NCBI GenBank assembly: GCA_048013815.1
Contig: CM106586.1
Location: forward strand, 2,852,001 to 2,916,000
Reading direction: 5' to 3'
From: Setoptus koraiensis
Lineage: Eukaryota > Animalia > Arthropoda
Length of the DNA: 64,000 nt
Both the position numbers and the translations under genes were made by a program. Shown here piece after piece: positions 38,919-51,081 of the stretch. Position 1 is the first letter of the stretch, and each line of letters starts with the position of its first letter. The notes beneath the pieces were generated by a model. The model saw only the letters and a list, made by a program, of their open reading frames with translations, searched no databases and had not been told where the DNA came from.

Positions 38919-41612
38919 AGAGTCAAACAATTCATAGTTCAACTTTCACGTTGCCACTTGTTATGCTAAATGGCAGCCAGTCTGGCTGTGTTGTAGTTGC
39001 AACAACAACGGCAACAACAGAGGCAACGACAACGACAACGACAACGACAATAGCGGTGTGCTGATATGTTGATAGAACAGATCAAGTGCGAAGGTTGCCT
39101 GACACTCGGTGGATATTGATTAACCCTCCACGGCTGACTCCAACAACAACAGCAACTGCAACTGCAACTGCAACTCCAAATGTCTGCTCACTTAAATAAC
39201 TGGCGTCTGGCCAGTTATTTGCACCAACCAACTGCCAGACGCTGTCTCAATCTCACAGGGTGCAGCTAACTAGCTGCAGCCATTGAAAACATTCTCATCC
39301 GATTGTTTTAGTTGCTTCACTTCTAACAACGGCAATGGCTCACTGTGAGACTGGCTGAGATTGGCGGTGGCATTGACCACGTTGTTTCTGTCCGAACTTG
39401 GTCTCTATGAATATTTGAATGGAGTTAAATGGGAGCTCAGTGAACTCTCATGCTGCACACGCATAATCGTAACAGCGACCACTTGTCGGCCAGCTCACTC
39501 TCGTTCTCTTCAATACGTAACAGTTTGCCATTATCATAACAACAACAACAGCGACGGCGCCAGCAAATCAACTCTGCTCTTCCTTGAATGTGCAGTAAGG
39601 TCGAAAGTGATCGCAAACACAAGAACATCGAAATAAATTGATAAATGCAACAGGTGAAGAGCTCAGCTGTCCCGTGTGAATTATAATACTGTGAATAGCA
39701 GTCGGTGGTAGTGGTCAGAAAAGTTTTCTCGATCGAACGCCCGATCCAACTTGAGCAATCGCCTTCTCTCTCTCTCTCTCTCTCTTGTGCCTTGTCTCTT
39801 GTGCCTTCGCCCTCTCGTATGACGCTCTGCTGGCCACTGATTACGAGTGTAACTCTTTGCAATGTGGACACTTGATACCCGCTGCAGTTGCGCAATCTCG
39901 CTCGTTGCAATCCTTTTGTTGTTTGAATATGTTGCTCACTGCAAATCGCTATTCTCTGGTCTGGTTAGACTCGCTGCCATTCATAGATTGTCGGACCAGA
40001 CGGACTAACGGAGGCACAGAAAGCGGCCAACAACAAAACAAAGGCAACCGTTGGCGATAAGCACTCAATCTCATCCACTGGTCTCACAACCCTGCACCGC
40101 TAGGCCGTCAATAGTGTTTAGCACCCTGTCTAAGAACTGAACTAATTTAATGTCTATACGTCATGTACCTGTTGATTTAGTATCTTATTATGCATTATCA
40201 TTATGCATTATTATTATTATGCATTAATTTGCGCCAACTACACTGTTGAGGGCGCTGGTGGAGTGGCGCTGGTCATTTGTATCATTAATTTTGCGAATGA
40301 GAAAATAGAATCGCAATAATAAATAAAAAAAAATATTGCCTGATTAACTGATACTAACAAGGTACGTGTTGTCGCGGTCGCGTCAATTATCTTATCGTTG
40401 TGTTTAATGTTAACCTAATCTGAACAAATTCGCTAGTAAAAGTGATTCTGTTTAGAGATAAATAATAATAATATTAATCATTGGATCACGATTAGCTAAT
40501 ATCCATTCATTATATCGCTTATATTATTCTACTTCTGTCATTGATGAAAGATAAGATTGCTAGTGCCACCTCAACACTCTAATGAGGAGGCACTAAATTG
40601 AGTTTGTGTCTGATGGGAAGGTTAAGCCCCACATCCATTTTAACAGCCACAATTTCATCCATTTTTGGACCCTGCCAATGCCATTAAATGGATAAGTCCA
40701 ATTAGAGATAGCTTTGTGTTCGGCGTAAACCGATTGTTCGTGTGTTCATCAATTTTCGATTAACATGATAAAAAATGTACAAGTAATAATAGCTTTTTAA
40801 TCGGTTATGGCCGGTTATTACATTACATACACTTTTCACATACCAATGCTATCACATACAACTATCTCATTGTTGCAAACATAAATGTTGACCCAACTCC
40901 TTAGTGAGACTGCGTTTCGTTCATTTATTGAATATTATAATCGCGTCAGATATTGATTTAGCCAGCATCGTTGCAGTCGTTTGATTGCACAAAATTGTTA
41001 GATACAATCAACCAGACAACAGCTTCCTGAACATGGCAAAGATAATGGTTGCTTGTTTATTAAATACGGTGCGTTTCTCCTCCAGATACCTGCAACGCAA
41101 CGCGTTAATCAAATTTTGTAACGTTATGAGATAAAAACTTTAGTTCAACATTGGAGTGATCTCGACCGGAACAAATCGTAACTTGTGTATGTTCTGTTAC
41201 ATGATACAGTCAGGCAGGTGAATGCTTTTTGTCATTATAAAATAAGTTACTCACCTGAGCGAAACTAGCTACTAAAACAGTCATGACGTCAATAAAAAGA
41301 TTATATAGCCAAAGTAGGCACAGTTCCAAGGAACATCGTCGAAACACGAACTCACTAGCTATATCGAAAACGACATTTCACTGAGGACTGATGATTTTGT
41401 CGCATTACTGTTCTCGTCATAATATTCATTACATGGCTCACTTGAGACACACAAACAAAACAACAAGTACAAGATATCCCAAGCCAATATGACAAAACTG
41501 TTAAGACACGTAACTAAAGCATTGTAATGGTTGATGTTAACTCATCGTCTAACCGATTGTGTGTCATGCCTGCATTCAAATGTTATATTTTATTGATTCA
41601 TGATCACTATTG

Positions 41613-42989
41613 TCAATTTTTCTTTAACCTGGCTTGTCGTTCTCGTCGTTTTTTAACGTGCTTGGGTATCTTATTTGTCTCGCGCTTTATTCTCTGCGCT
41701 TGTTTCACTTCTTTCTTGCGCGACTTTTTAGATTCAGGATCCTCGTTTCTTGGCCTGGCGCTACTGACAAACTTTTTCCGCTCATCACCACCCTGCTGAG
41801 ACCCATCAACTGATCCGCTAGAGCTGTCAGAATTATCATCATTTGAATCTTCAGATTCCTGCGAATCCCCTGAACTGTTTGAATCTGTTCCATCATCGGC
41901 AGCGTCTTCAAGAAGTTCTGGCTTGAGCCTGGCCCCTCTCAAATCGGATCTCATTCCCGTCAGGGTACGATAGAATATCTCTGAATCGTTGCCAGATTTG
42001 GCGAACCGAACATCCTTCTCGAAGTCGATAACATCGTCAAGCCTTTGTGGAATGTAGGCACTCTTGAACACCTCATCATCGATTTTCTCTTGTTCGGTTA
42101 GTGCCTCTAATGTCCTGCTAGAAGCAATATTGTTCAGCCTGTTGAGATATTCATCGATGTTATTCTCATTGATACTAATATCAGTGATAAAGTCAAACAA
42201 TTCGCGCGTCGTAAGTGTTGCCACTTCTTTTTTCCTAAAAAAATCATTTACATTGAAACAGTCCTTCCTGAGAAACTCAAATGCCATAACGTGGTCTTTC
42301 TCAACAGACTGGGACACGTCAATGATGTATATGTCGCCATTTAGGTAAAGGGTGTTGAATTCGCTTAGGTCAGCGTGAACTAATTTACATTCATGATACA
42401 TCTTCCTCATGATAACAACTAATTTGAGGTACAAGGCACAGTATGTGGCATTGTCTTTGATATTGGCACTCTTCAATAGGGGCGCAGGCAGGCCGTCCTC
42501 GCCAATCATATCCATTACAAGAATGTGACTCTTGAGAAGATGTGGCTTTGGGCACAATATTCCAGCCGAATGAAGACGGTGCAAATTTCTCATCTCTTTC
42601 TCGGCCCATGTTTGCACCATTTTGCGTGGATTGCTCTTACAGTAGCCCCGTCTGAAGCGGAACTCTCCATTGACGTACTTGTCCCTATCCTTGAACACTA
42701 AGATAGACGTTTTATAGATTTTAATTACGCAGTCTCGACCATCGAGGGTGGTTGCATGGTAAACGTTGGCCTCTTTGCCCGTGGAAATACAACCGTGTAT
42801 ATCCGCCAAATGTCCTTGGTTGACTATTTTCGATAGAATGCGTATGGTTCGAGGATCGAGTACCTGATCGGTTGTGGCTCGATCCGACTTATCCTTGACC
42901 CTGATTCTCAGACCTTCCAATTTTTTCTCTGTTCGTTGCAATTGATTAGAGACCTTATTGTTCACCACAATATCCGAATTGGGTTCCAT
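41613..42989 (-). CDS. RIOK1: Serine/threonine kinase RIO1, intronless
   Basis: KDKSDRATTDQVLDPRT, GCISTGKEANVYHA, IKIYKTSILVFKDRDKYVNGEFRFRRGYCKSNPRKMV, LVHADLSEFN, IIDVSQSVE, C-terminal KIPKHVKKR. Confidence 0.97.
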   Translation of the reverse strand: MEPNSDIVVNNKVSNQLQRTEKKLEGLRIRVKDKSDRATTDQVLDPRTIRILSKIVNQGHLADIHGCISTGKEANVYHATTLDGRDCVIKIYKTSILVFKDRDKYVNGEFRFRRGYCKSNPRKMVQTWAEKEMRNLHRLHSAGILCPKPHLLKSHILVMDMIGEDGLPAPLLKSANIKDNATYCALYLKLVVIMRKMYHECKLVHADLSEFNTLYLNGDIYIIDVSQSVEKDHVMAFEFLRKDCFNVNDFFRKKEVATLTTRELFDFITDISINENNIDEYLNRLNNIASSRTLEALTEQEKIDDEVFKSAYIPQRLDDVIDFEKDVRFAKSGNDSEIFYRTLTGMRSDLRGARLKPELLEDAADDGTDSNSSGDSQESEDSNDDNSDSSSGSVDGSQQGGDERKKFVSSARPRNEDPESKKSRKKEVKQAQRIKRETNKIPKHVKKRRERQARLKKN

Positions 42990-43414
42990 GATGGTCGGAG
43001 AATATGTTTTGATTGGTAATGTCCAATTATTGATATGATTTTAATGAAAAAAATGCGATGATTGATTTTTTCAAAACAATGCCGAAAACATGTGCTTCTC
43101 TGTGCATTATGGTGCGAAATACAAATTTTTCTCTCAGAAAAATGCCTCAAAATGCACATATTCATGAATATTTATTTTTGCTATTCACAAGGATTTCAAA
43201 TTTCGTGCCACACTAACATGAATAGAATCCACGTGTATTTGCACATAAATCTCAATCATGTGATTCGCGGTGGTCTATCCGAATTTTGATCGAAGTATCG
43301 CTGAAAATCTCTAAAAAGAGTCCTCATATATATGTTTGGCCCATCTTATTAGATCACCTTCATTTGTTATTCAGCAAGACTAAAGTAGCGGGTAAAGATA
43401 TAGCCTTGCCCATT
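42990..43414. promoter_or_regulatory. Probable bidirectional promoter between RIOK1 and OLA1
   Basis: Head-to-head start codons 425 nt apart. Confidence 0.6.
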
Positions 43415-44611
43415 ATGCCACCCAAAGCCAAAAATGCCGACCATGACCAAAAATCTCTGTTGTTAGGGAGACTAGGAACCAATCTCAGGGTGGGAATTGT
43501 TGGTGTACCAAACGTGGGCAAATCAACCTTCTTCAATGTACTCACCGCCAGTCAAGCGGCGGCTGAAAATTTCCCCTTTTGTACTATTGACCCAAACGAA
43601 AGCCGTGTTCCTGTGCCCGACGAACGGTTCGATTACCTTTGCAAGTACCATAAACCGGCAAGTAAAGTGCCAGCCTTCTTGAATGTCGTCGATATCGCCG
43701 GATTAGTCAAGGGTGCAAGCGAGGGCCAAGGATTAGGAAATGCCTTTTTGTCGCATATCAAAGCTTGCGACGCAATATTTCATTTATGTCGAGCGTTCGA
43801 AAATGAGGATGTTATCCATGTGGAGGGGGACGTCAATCCAGTTAGGGACATTGAAATCATTAACGAGGAATTGCGCAAAAAAGACGAGGAGTACATTGAT
43901 CAGAACGTTGAAAAGTTGGGCCGCTTTGTTCTCAGGGGCGAAAAGAAGGACAAACCTGAGTACGATGTCTTAGTCAAAGTTCAAGATCTTATTTGCAAAC
44001 AAAAGAAACAGGCCCGTTTCGGAGAATGGTCTGCGGCCGATATTGAGGTCCTAAATAAACATTTATTATTGACGGCCAAACCCATGATATACTTGATAAA
44101 TCTGTCTGAAACTGATTACATAAAAAAGAAGAACAAGTGGCTTCCTAAGATAAAAGAATGGATCGATGCCAATGACCCGGGCGCTGTCGTTATACCATTC
44201 AGTGGATGCTTGGAGGCCAAATTAATAGAGATGCCTGATGATGAGCGCGAGGTGTATTTGAAAGAAAACAAGACCACTAGCGCCTTGGCCAAAATAATAG
44301 TGACAGGATACAAGGCACTAAATTTGTGCTATTTCTTCACAGCCGGAGCGGACGAAGTTAAAGCATGGACCATCCAGAAGGGAACAAAAGCACCTCAGGC
44401 GGCTGGCAGAATTCACACCGATTTCGAGAAAGGATTTATCATGGCCGATGTAATGAAATTCGATGATTTCAAGGCGGAAGGAAGTGAGAATGCTGTCAAA
44501 GCCGCAGGAAAATATAGGCAACAGGGTAAAACTTACGTCTGTGAAGACGGTGACATAATACACTTCAAATTCAACGCGGGTGCCGGACTAACAGGTGGAA
44601 AGAAGAAGTGA
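43415..44611 (+). CDS. OLA1: Obg-like ATPase 1 (YchF family), intronless; true start MPPKAK at 43415
   Basis: [101 protein letters not shown]. Confidence 0.98.
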   Translation: MPPKAKNADHDQKSLLLGRLGTNLRVGIVGVPNVGKSTFFNVLTASQAAAENFPFCTIDPNESRVPVPDERFDYLCKYHKPASKVPAFLNVVDIAGLVKGASEGQGLGNAFLSHIKACDAIFHLCRAFENEDVIHVEGDVNPVRDIEIINEELRKKDEEYIDQNVEKLGRFVLRGEKKDKPEYDVLVKVQDLICKQKKQARFGEWSAADIEVLNKHLLLTAKPMIYLINLSETDYIKKKNKWLPKIKEWIDANDPGAVVIPFSGCLEAKLIEMPDDEREVYLKENKTTSALAKIIVTGYKALNLCYFFTAGADEVKAWTIQKGTKAPQAAGRIHTDFEKGFIMADVMKFDDFKAEGSENAVKAAGKYRQQGKTYVCEDGDIIHFKFNAGAGLTGGKKK

Positions 44612-44893
44612 TGTCGATGATGTGAAAATTCAAATCAAATTCAGATTCAGTTCGAATCTATAATATTTAATTAAACTCTTACCTATCTCTACAGTGATTT
44701 AATGATAAATTCAAATTGAGTTTTTATCGATAGGCTACTATTTTATTATAAGAACATGGTTACATATAAAAGTATATTCGTGTCGTCAGAAATATTATCA
44801 CTAACTCAACGAAAGTTATCGATAACGATAATGTCGGTTAATTTTTCGGTGATCGTGATTAGTCATGGCAAGAGTTGTTAGAGAGTTTGTGCG

Positions 44894-47678
44894 TCACATG
44901 CCCGTTGTCTTGTTTCTACTGGGCTCCCCATTCGCTTCAGAGGACTGTAAATTTAGCTTGGGGGCATGGAGACCGCTTAGTTGCAAAATGGCCTTCTCGA
45001 TTAGGCTGGTGCATGATCTTAGAGGAGCCTCGAAGGTGACATAGACTATGAAGGCGCAAAAATAGATTATCAAAGATAGCGCTAGCATGATAGTGATACG
45101 CATGTCAATATCTAGTATCATTGTTCGTCGATGACGAAGTAAATATACAAGAACAATAATCGTATCTATCAGCATGAATGACAGACTTATTCGCGACAAT
45201 GGCAACCATCCTGACCAATTGAAGAATTTTCTCATCGCAACACTATTGGCAAGGGAGCCAGTTGACAATTGTATCAGGATGATTGGCACAATGAATGAGT
45301 AGAGGATTCCTGTTATAAACAATAGAATATGACCTATGTAGATGTTGGAGAATAGCACCAAATATGATTCGGATATGTACGATAGTGACCAAATAGGAAT
45401 GTATATAAATGTGAACGACAATGCAACGGTGATCCAATTAGAAACAACGGGTCTTCTTAGAAGTTCCACTAGACGACAAAATAAATTCTTGCTATCTTTA
45501 GATTGGGCATCGTTCATCTCGTAGTTGTGCAACAAGAAGCCAGTGGTAATACCCATTGAATAATATATAGCTCTAGGCACTGTGGCGGTGTAGAGCTTGG
45601 CTTGTTCGTGGAAAATTCTTCATAGGTGAGTGACACAGATAGACACAAATTAGAGATTCTGGCAGCTCTCGATATTGTTGGATAAAGGAAGTAATTATAT
45701 TGACAACTTACAGAGCGATTGAGGCTAGTGAATTGGGCTGATATCTGGTAAATTTTCTTATTACATCAGGAATGAACGCTTCCGTCGCGAAAAACTGAAT
45801 TGCATATAAGATCCATGGGAGTACCAGACTGACGAAGAAAGTCAATCGCGGCGCTCTGGCGTCAACAATAGTTTGTTGAATAGGAATTGTACATGCTTGA
45901 TTAGACCTTAGTCTCATCTTTAAAAAAGTCGCGAGAAAATAACTGAGTCAAGTAATCGTAGTTATGCTCTCAAATTTGACTTACCTGATATACGCCATAA
46001 TCAATAGCGGTGTCACTATAATGGCACATTGCAAATCGATAGCCACATACCACGACGAAGGAATACAGAGCTCGTAGACCAGTCTATAATTCATCAAGCC
46101 AAACAACGTGTTTAACCAACTGCCTTGCCTACACGTATGTGAATTTGTGCCCGTCGATGTTCCATAGTCCCACATAGGGCCATGGTTTAAATACTTGGCC
46201 AAATATTTCATGACTAGAGTCAACACAACCACTAGTGGCATGAGGCGGAGATACCGATTAGTACAAAATAACATCCAAACGGCGGGTCTCATTAGAGTGT
46301 GAGGACGACTTTGAATAAGTTGATGTGGTTTTCCGTTTACACTTGTTCCGCTTCCGTTGAATGATCGCAGTCTGTCTGACGTGCCGAGGGGAAATCTTCT
46401 AAACAAAGTATAGGCTGTTATTGCACCGGTTATCATGAAGAATATATTAACTGCCATTGAGGAGAAACCCAAATGATATTTGTCAAAAGCATCAAAAGAA
46501 ACGGATATATCGTAAATTCTGCCAACTTGTGATGTCAATAAGAAAAAGTGTGTCCTCATTATGATGAATAAACAGATTACTTTGACACAATGTACATATT
46601 TCAAATCTATCAACGCTTTAGTGGGGCCCGTGCCGTCGCATGAATTTCCATTGGTCTGATAAATCGTCACCAGTGGATATTGCGGTTCTCCAGTCTTACT
46701 ATTATGTTGCCCCGTTGAAGCTGAGCTTGTGTCAAACAATTTTCTTGTATTCCTTATCACAGAAAAGGTATCGACCAATTTTGAATTGGCCACGTAGTGA
46801 GCCTTATATAGATCTAATAATGTACATAAAGCAACCATCGATAGCCAAATTGTGAAGAGTATGACGCAACAAGTTGCAGGCACATCGCGCCACCATTGTG
46901 TTAGGGGTGATTCCCGGTCTGGCAGGCAATAAATGTTGCCAATTTGATAATCCTTGTAGGCCGACCCAAATTGCACTCCCATTAATTGACTGATTATGCG
47001 TTTATTGTCTTCTTGTTCTGCGCCAATAGAGTCACACTCTATAGGTAGACAAACCGCACTCTTAATAGTGGCATAACTCCATTCTTTGAAGCCGTCGGTG
47101 TGTCTCCATTTTGGCCATCTCACATGAGCTAAACAGTATCTTGATGGCGTTGTAGTGACAGTGTCTGAATCGTGGTAATTATATGTGGCTTTGATGCACT
47201 GGTCGTAGTCGCCCAACCAAATGATATCACCCCGTAGAAATGATGCACTTGGTCTACCAAATGAGTCCAACAAATTGAACAGTCTGTAATCGTTTGATAG
47301 ACCAATCAACGATGATTCGTTCGTTTGCTCCGACTGGACCTTGTCAGATAGAAACGTTAACTTTCGTTTACATTCCGACAAACTGGCTCTTGGTCCGCCT
47401 GAGATGAGTTTGTCTTGGTCAGAGTCATACCGATGCATGGTGGTTATATCAAACAATGGCAATCGCCAAATTAATAAAAATAATTGTCTTATGTACACTT
47501 GTAGATTGATCTTGTCACTTGTAAAATCTCTCATAGAGTCAACCAAATCATAGAGATCATTGTTTAGTTGAGTCCTATTTAAACGAGATATATCCTCTGG
47601 AACTCCCTCTAGATTGTTGGCCTGTGACGCGGATGTAAGAAACACAAGAGAAAAAACCAAAGTAATGATGCGATTCAT
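44894..47678 (-). CDS. Nose-resistant-to-fluoxetine-6 / O-acyltransferase-like protein; complement join(45985-47678,45712-45855,44894-45617), about 853 aa
   Basis: Signal peptide; NRF domain LDSFGRPSASFLRGDIIWLGDYDQC; acyltransferase-3 motifs (AVNIFFMITG, NRYLRLMP, SWYVAIDLQC, LYTATVPRAIYYSMG, WLPLSRISLSFML); two phase-2 GT-AG introns restore the frame. Confidence 0.85.
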
Positions 47679-47911
47679 TTTCGATGATGTTTTTAGTCGG
47701 TTGGTATTGTTGAAATATTGTCAGCGGGGCACTTCAGAGAAATACAATTCAAGCAATTTCTAACCAATTAAATTTCATTGTGGATTTCTTTTAACAGGAC
47801 TAACATGACGATCTGTAATTAAAATCATCATTTCTAGCTCATTCTAGTTGGCGGGGAGTGGATGCATATCACAACTGAAGAGCGTTTCAAGCTAAGCGAT
47901 ACAAATGCACT

Positions 47912-48410
47912 NNNNNNNNNNNNNNNNNNNNNNNNNNNNNNNNNNNNNNNNNNNNNNNNNNNNNNNNNNNNNNNNNNNNNNNNNNNNNNNNNNNNNNNNN
48001 NNNNNNNNNNNNNNNNNNNNNNNNNNNNNNNNNNNNNNNNNNNNNNNNNNNNNNNNNNNNNNNNNNNNNNNNNNNNNNNNNNNNNNNNNNNNNNNNNNNN
48101 NNNNNNNNNNNNNNNNNNNNNNNNNNNNNNNNNNNNNNNNNNNNNNNNNNNNNNNNNNNNNNNNNNNNNNNNNNNNNNNNNNNNNNNNNNNNNNNNNNNN
48201 NNNNNNNNNNNNNNNNNNNNNNNNNNNNNNNNNNNNNNNNNNNNNNNNNNNNNNNNNNNNNNNNNNNNNNNNNNNNNNNNNNNNNNNNNNNNNNNNNNNN
48301 NNNNNNNNNNNNNNNNNNNNNNNNNNNNNNNNNNNNNNNNNNNNNNNNNNNNNNNNNNNNNNNNNNNNNNNNNNNNNNNNNNNNNNNNNNNNNNNNNNNN
48401 NNNNNNNNNN
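47912..48410. other. Assembly gap (about 500 N)
   Basis: Run of N. Confidence 0.99.
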
Positions 48411-48560
48411 NAAATGTTGACGAAAAAAAAAGGACAACCCTGATTGAGATTTTTACGGGACTCTTGATTGAGAATGGTGATTGTGTATTTATTGTGGCAG
48501 TACTAAGATCTGAAATAAATCAGCAGTGTCCATATCAGTGTATGGCGAGTAGCGATTCGT

Positions 48561-50786
48561 TCATTGATCGCTAAATATGGAAAATTGAATCAGTGTGTAG
48601 ACCGCTGTGGTGACCCATACAATAATCTGTTCGTATCAAAGGAAAAATTGTTGCAATTGATCAGAAATAAATTGTTTGGAATTTCAGTTGATATGATATA
48701 GCCGAACTAGAGGTCTACTCACATGCAGCAGGGCTATTACGTGTCAAAACCCCCTATGGACTCCTGTAACCCATACGCCACATGCATTACTCCGCCCAAA
48801 CACACCACAACCCGCTGTTTCACCCTGCGCCTTCAAACCACCGCAACCTTGGTACGCGATGACCTCTAGAGCACTCAAGAAGTTGCCCAACATGCCAATG
48901 CTAACGATTTCCCCATCAAACCCCTAAGGTCTTAGCACTCCCCCGCCCGCCCCTTAGGTACCGTCGACCAAGAAGCGTAACTCTAGTGTCACCCCCTCCC
49001 CCACCCATTCAATAAAATTTGCCCCCCCTCCGCCCGCCCCACGCTCCCCTTACCCTACCAAAAAGACCGACACAATCGCTCGCCCCCCACAATCCAGCTC
49101 CCTCCCAGCCCGCCTCCCAAACGCCATCCTAACACTCTACAACCACTCCAACCCAATGCTCACCCAAAGCCCCCCCACGTACCAATCCCCACTCCCCTAC
49201 AGCACCACCCCTGTTTATGCGAGCGCCCCCAATCCCATCTACCATACCTCTCAAACACCCGATATGTCACTTGCCCTATACCCCACTATGACCACAGCCA
49301 TTCTCAGAAAGCAATTGAACCTCACAACGAGCAACCCCATAGTCAACAATACCGCCTTAATAACCAATACACCACTGACTCCCCTTAATCCAAGAGCTAG
49401 TCTGAATATCCTAGCGTGACAAATATGATCGTAATTGTCCAAGGCAGCAGTATCCGATGGCTGGCTGCTGCAGCAGTTTGGATTATAAAATTGATAATGA
49501 TATATGGTATTGCTAGAATGATTATGATTGTTGTGAGCGAATCGTTGGGCGCATTGACGACAATCGTTGGTGAAACGTATTAGTTGGGTGTTGTAAATCA
49601 TCAATCTATCCGCCAAGATGACCGCACAAAACATAAAAGTGTATGTTTCCATGAATGACGAGACGTTCAGACAAACTAGTAAAAACGTATCCACAGTTTG
49701 AAACAGTATAGACAAAATTCTCAAAAAGCTCATGCTAAAGCAAGGCAGCTCTGTATAAATTTTGTAACATAGAAATAAACCGGTAGTAATAATATGGACC
49801 AGAATCAGGAAAGCAGCAGCAGTGGTCATCGCCCTGTAGAGTTTAGCTGTACAGATTAATTCGGTTTTGTTCTTGCTTGTTATTGCCATCAAATCCAACT
49901 CTACTATATCATTATTGGTCATCTGTTTCAAGATAGCATGCTCTTCGATTAAATGTTTCGGTAGTTGACCTGTGAAACAGTATGTCATATGTTCTCTCAA
50001 GGACAATTTTGGCGCTAGCAGTAATTCTTTGTATCTAAAAACGGTACTGAAAAACGATTGTTGTTGTGTCTCGTCATCGGTGCTACCTCGTTGTTCCATG
50101 ATACTCAAGCATCGACTTGTTCGGGATCTATTCCCAGGTGACGCTCTCATGGGGTGCTGAAATCTGAAAAGACTAATTAATCTCTGAGCTAGATTGTTAA
50201 ATGTGTACATCAGTGTTATCATATGTAATATTGCAGCGTTAAGACCGGAAGTGAAAGACCAACGATCAAAACTGACCAGCTTCAAACTTAAATACCAATA
50301 CAGTCTTGCCAGATAAGTCGCACCATTAATGTCTCTAATGTCTAGTTCTTTTCCAATTTCGCACGTTTGATTACGGTAGTGCTCACTGCTATTGTTGCCA
50401 TCTTTATATTTTGATTTAGCATCCTCATGAATCGTCACGTTGTAATAGGACTGAATTGTGCAAAAACTAAGAAAAATTAACTGGTAGCCATGCAATAATA
50501 ACCTCCATTTGCATTCGCGATAGAGAACAGTGATTATCCTGTGTCTTTTATCAGCGTCACTAGTGTAAAGGTAAGGTGTGATGCAGATGTTGCAATAATT
50601 GGATACTGCGTAGATAAAAGAAAAAACATTGAATCTTCTTGAAGTGCTAGATATTCTTTTTGATGGTTCAGAGTTGCCGTGAGCGCCATCAGCGAGATCT
50701 GATGATGATATTCGTTCGGTTATTTCATAGGGTGCGACTGGGTTCGAGAGAGATAGAGTCTGAGCTCGCTTGATCAGCATGTTCAT
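48561..50786 (-). CDS. Divergent gustatory-receptor-like gene (paralog 2); middle disrupted by a C-rich island; last exon 48561-48626
   Basis: N-terminal part aligns with paralog 1 (RFNVFS..YCN, RIITVLYRECKWRL, RYKELLLAPKLSLREHMTYCF, LDLMAI...ICTAKLYRAMT). Last intron donor GTGAGTAG at 48722 is the same as in paralog 1, and a 66-nt last exon encodes IIVWVTTAVYTLIQFSIFSDQ*. Confidence 0.68.
48730..49420. other. C/A-rich (minus strand G/T-rich) compositional island inside the receptor gene
   Basis: 33 of 60 bases in 49021-49080 are C; the reading frame is lost, but homology persists at both edges. Confidence 0.85.
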
Positions 50787-51051
50787 TTTTAATCGATCAC
50801 TATTATCATAGATTGACTTAATTTTCCAATCTATAGTAGAGTTTAGATGATTATTGTTACATGAGAGATGAGCATACTAATTGATACTCATAAAAATAGC
50901 GCACATAAAATTAAAGAAAGTTTGAAGAAATTCTCACCAATGTTAGGAGTCCCTTAACGCATGATCGAACACTGTCAATAGGACTCGCGAACACAAGCAC
51001 CAAAGTTTGTTTCTATAAGGTTCCGTGTCTGGAGTCTAGACACGGATCCTA

Positions 51052-51081
51052 GACTCTAGAATATGTACATATTCTAGAGTC
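51052..51081. repeat. Perfect 30-bp palindrome
   Basis: GACTCTAGAATATGT|ACATATTCTAGAGTC, with no spacer. Confidence 0.95.

Noticed and set aside
40900-41500. Exon-like segments with good splice signals on the minus strand (donor at about 41254, acceptor at about 41090)
   Set aside because: All frames contain stops and no homology was recognised; at most non-coding 5' exons of the peroxidase, which cannot be supported without RNA data.
43286-43414. N-terminal extensions in the ORF track for OLA1 (also PAK1IP1 31883, GOLGA7 54010, sDscam 25722)
   Set aside because: They start at non-ATG codons; family homology begins at the downstream ATGs used above.
49156-49419. 87-aa Pro/Thr-rich ORF on the plus strand
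   Set aside because: By-product of the C-rich island, antisense to the receptor gene.
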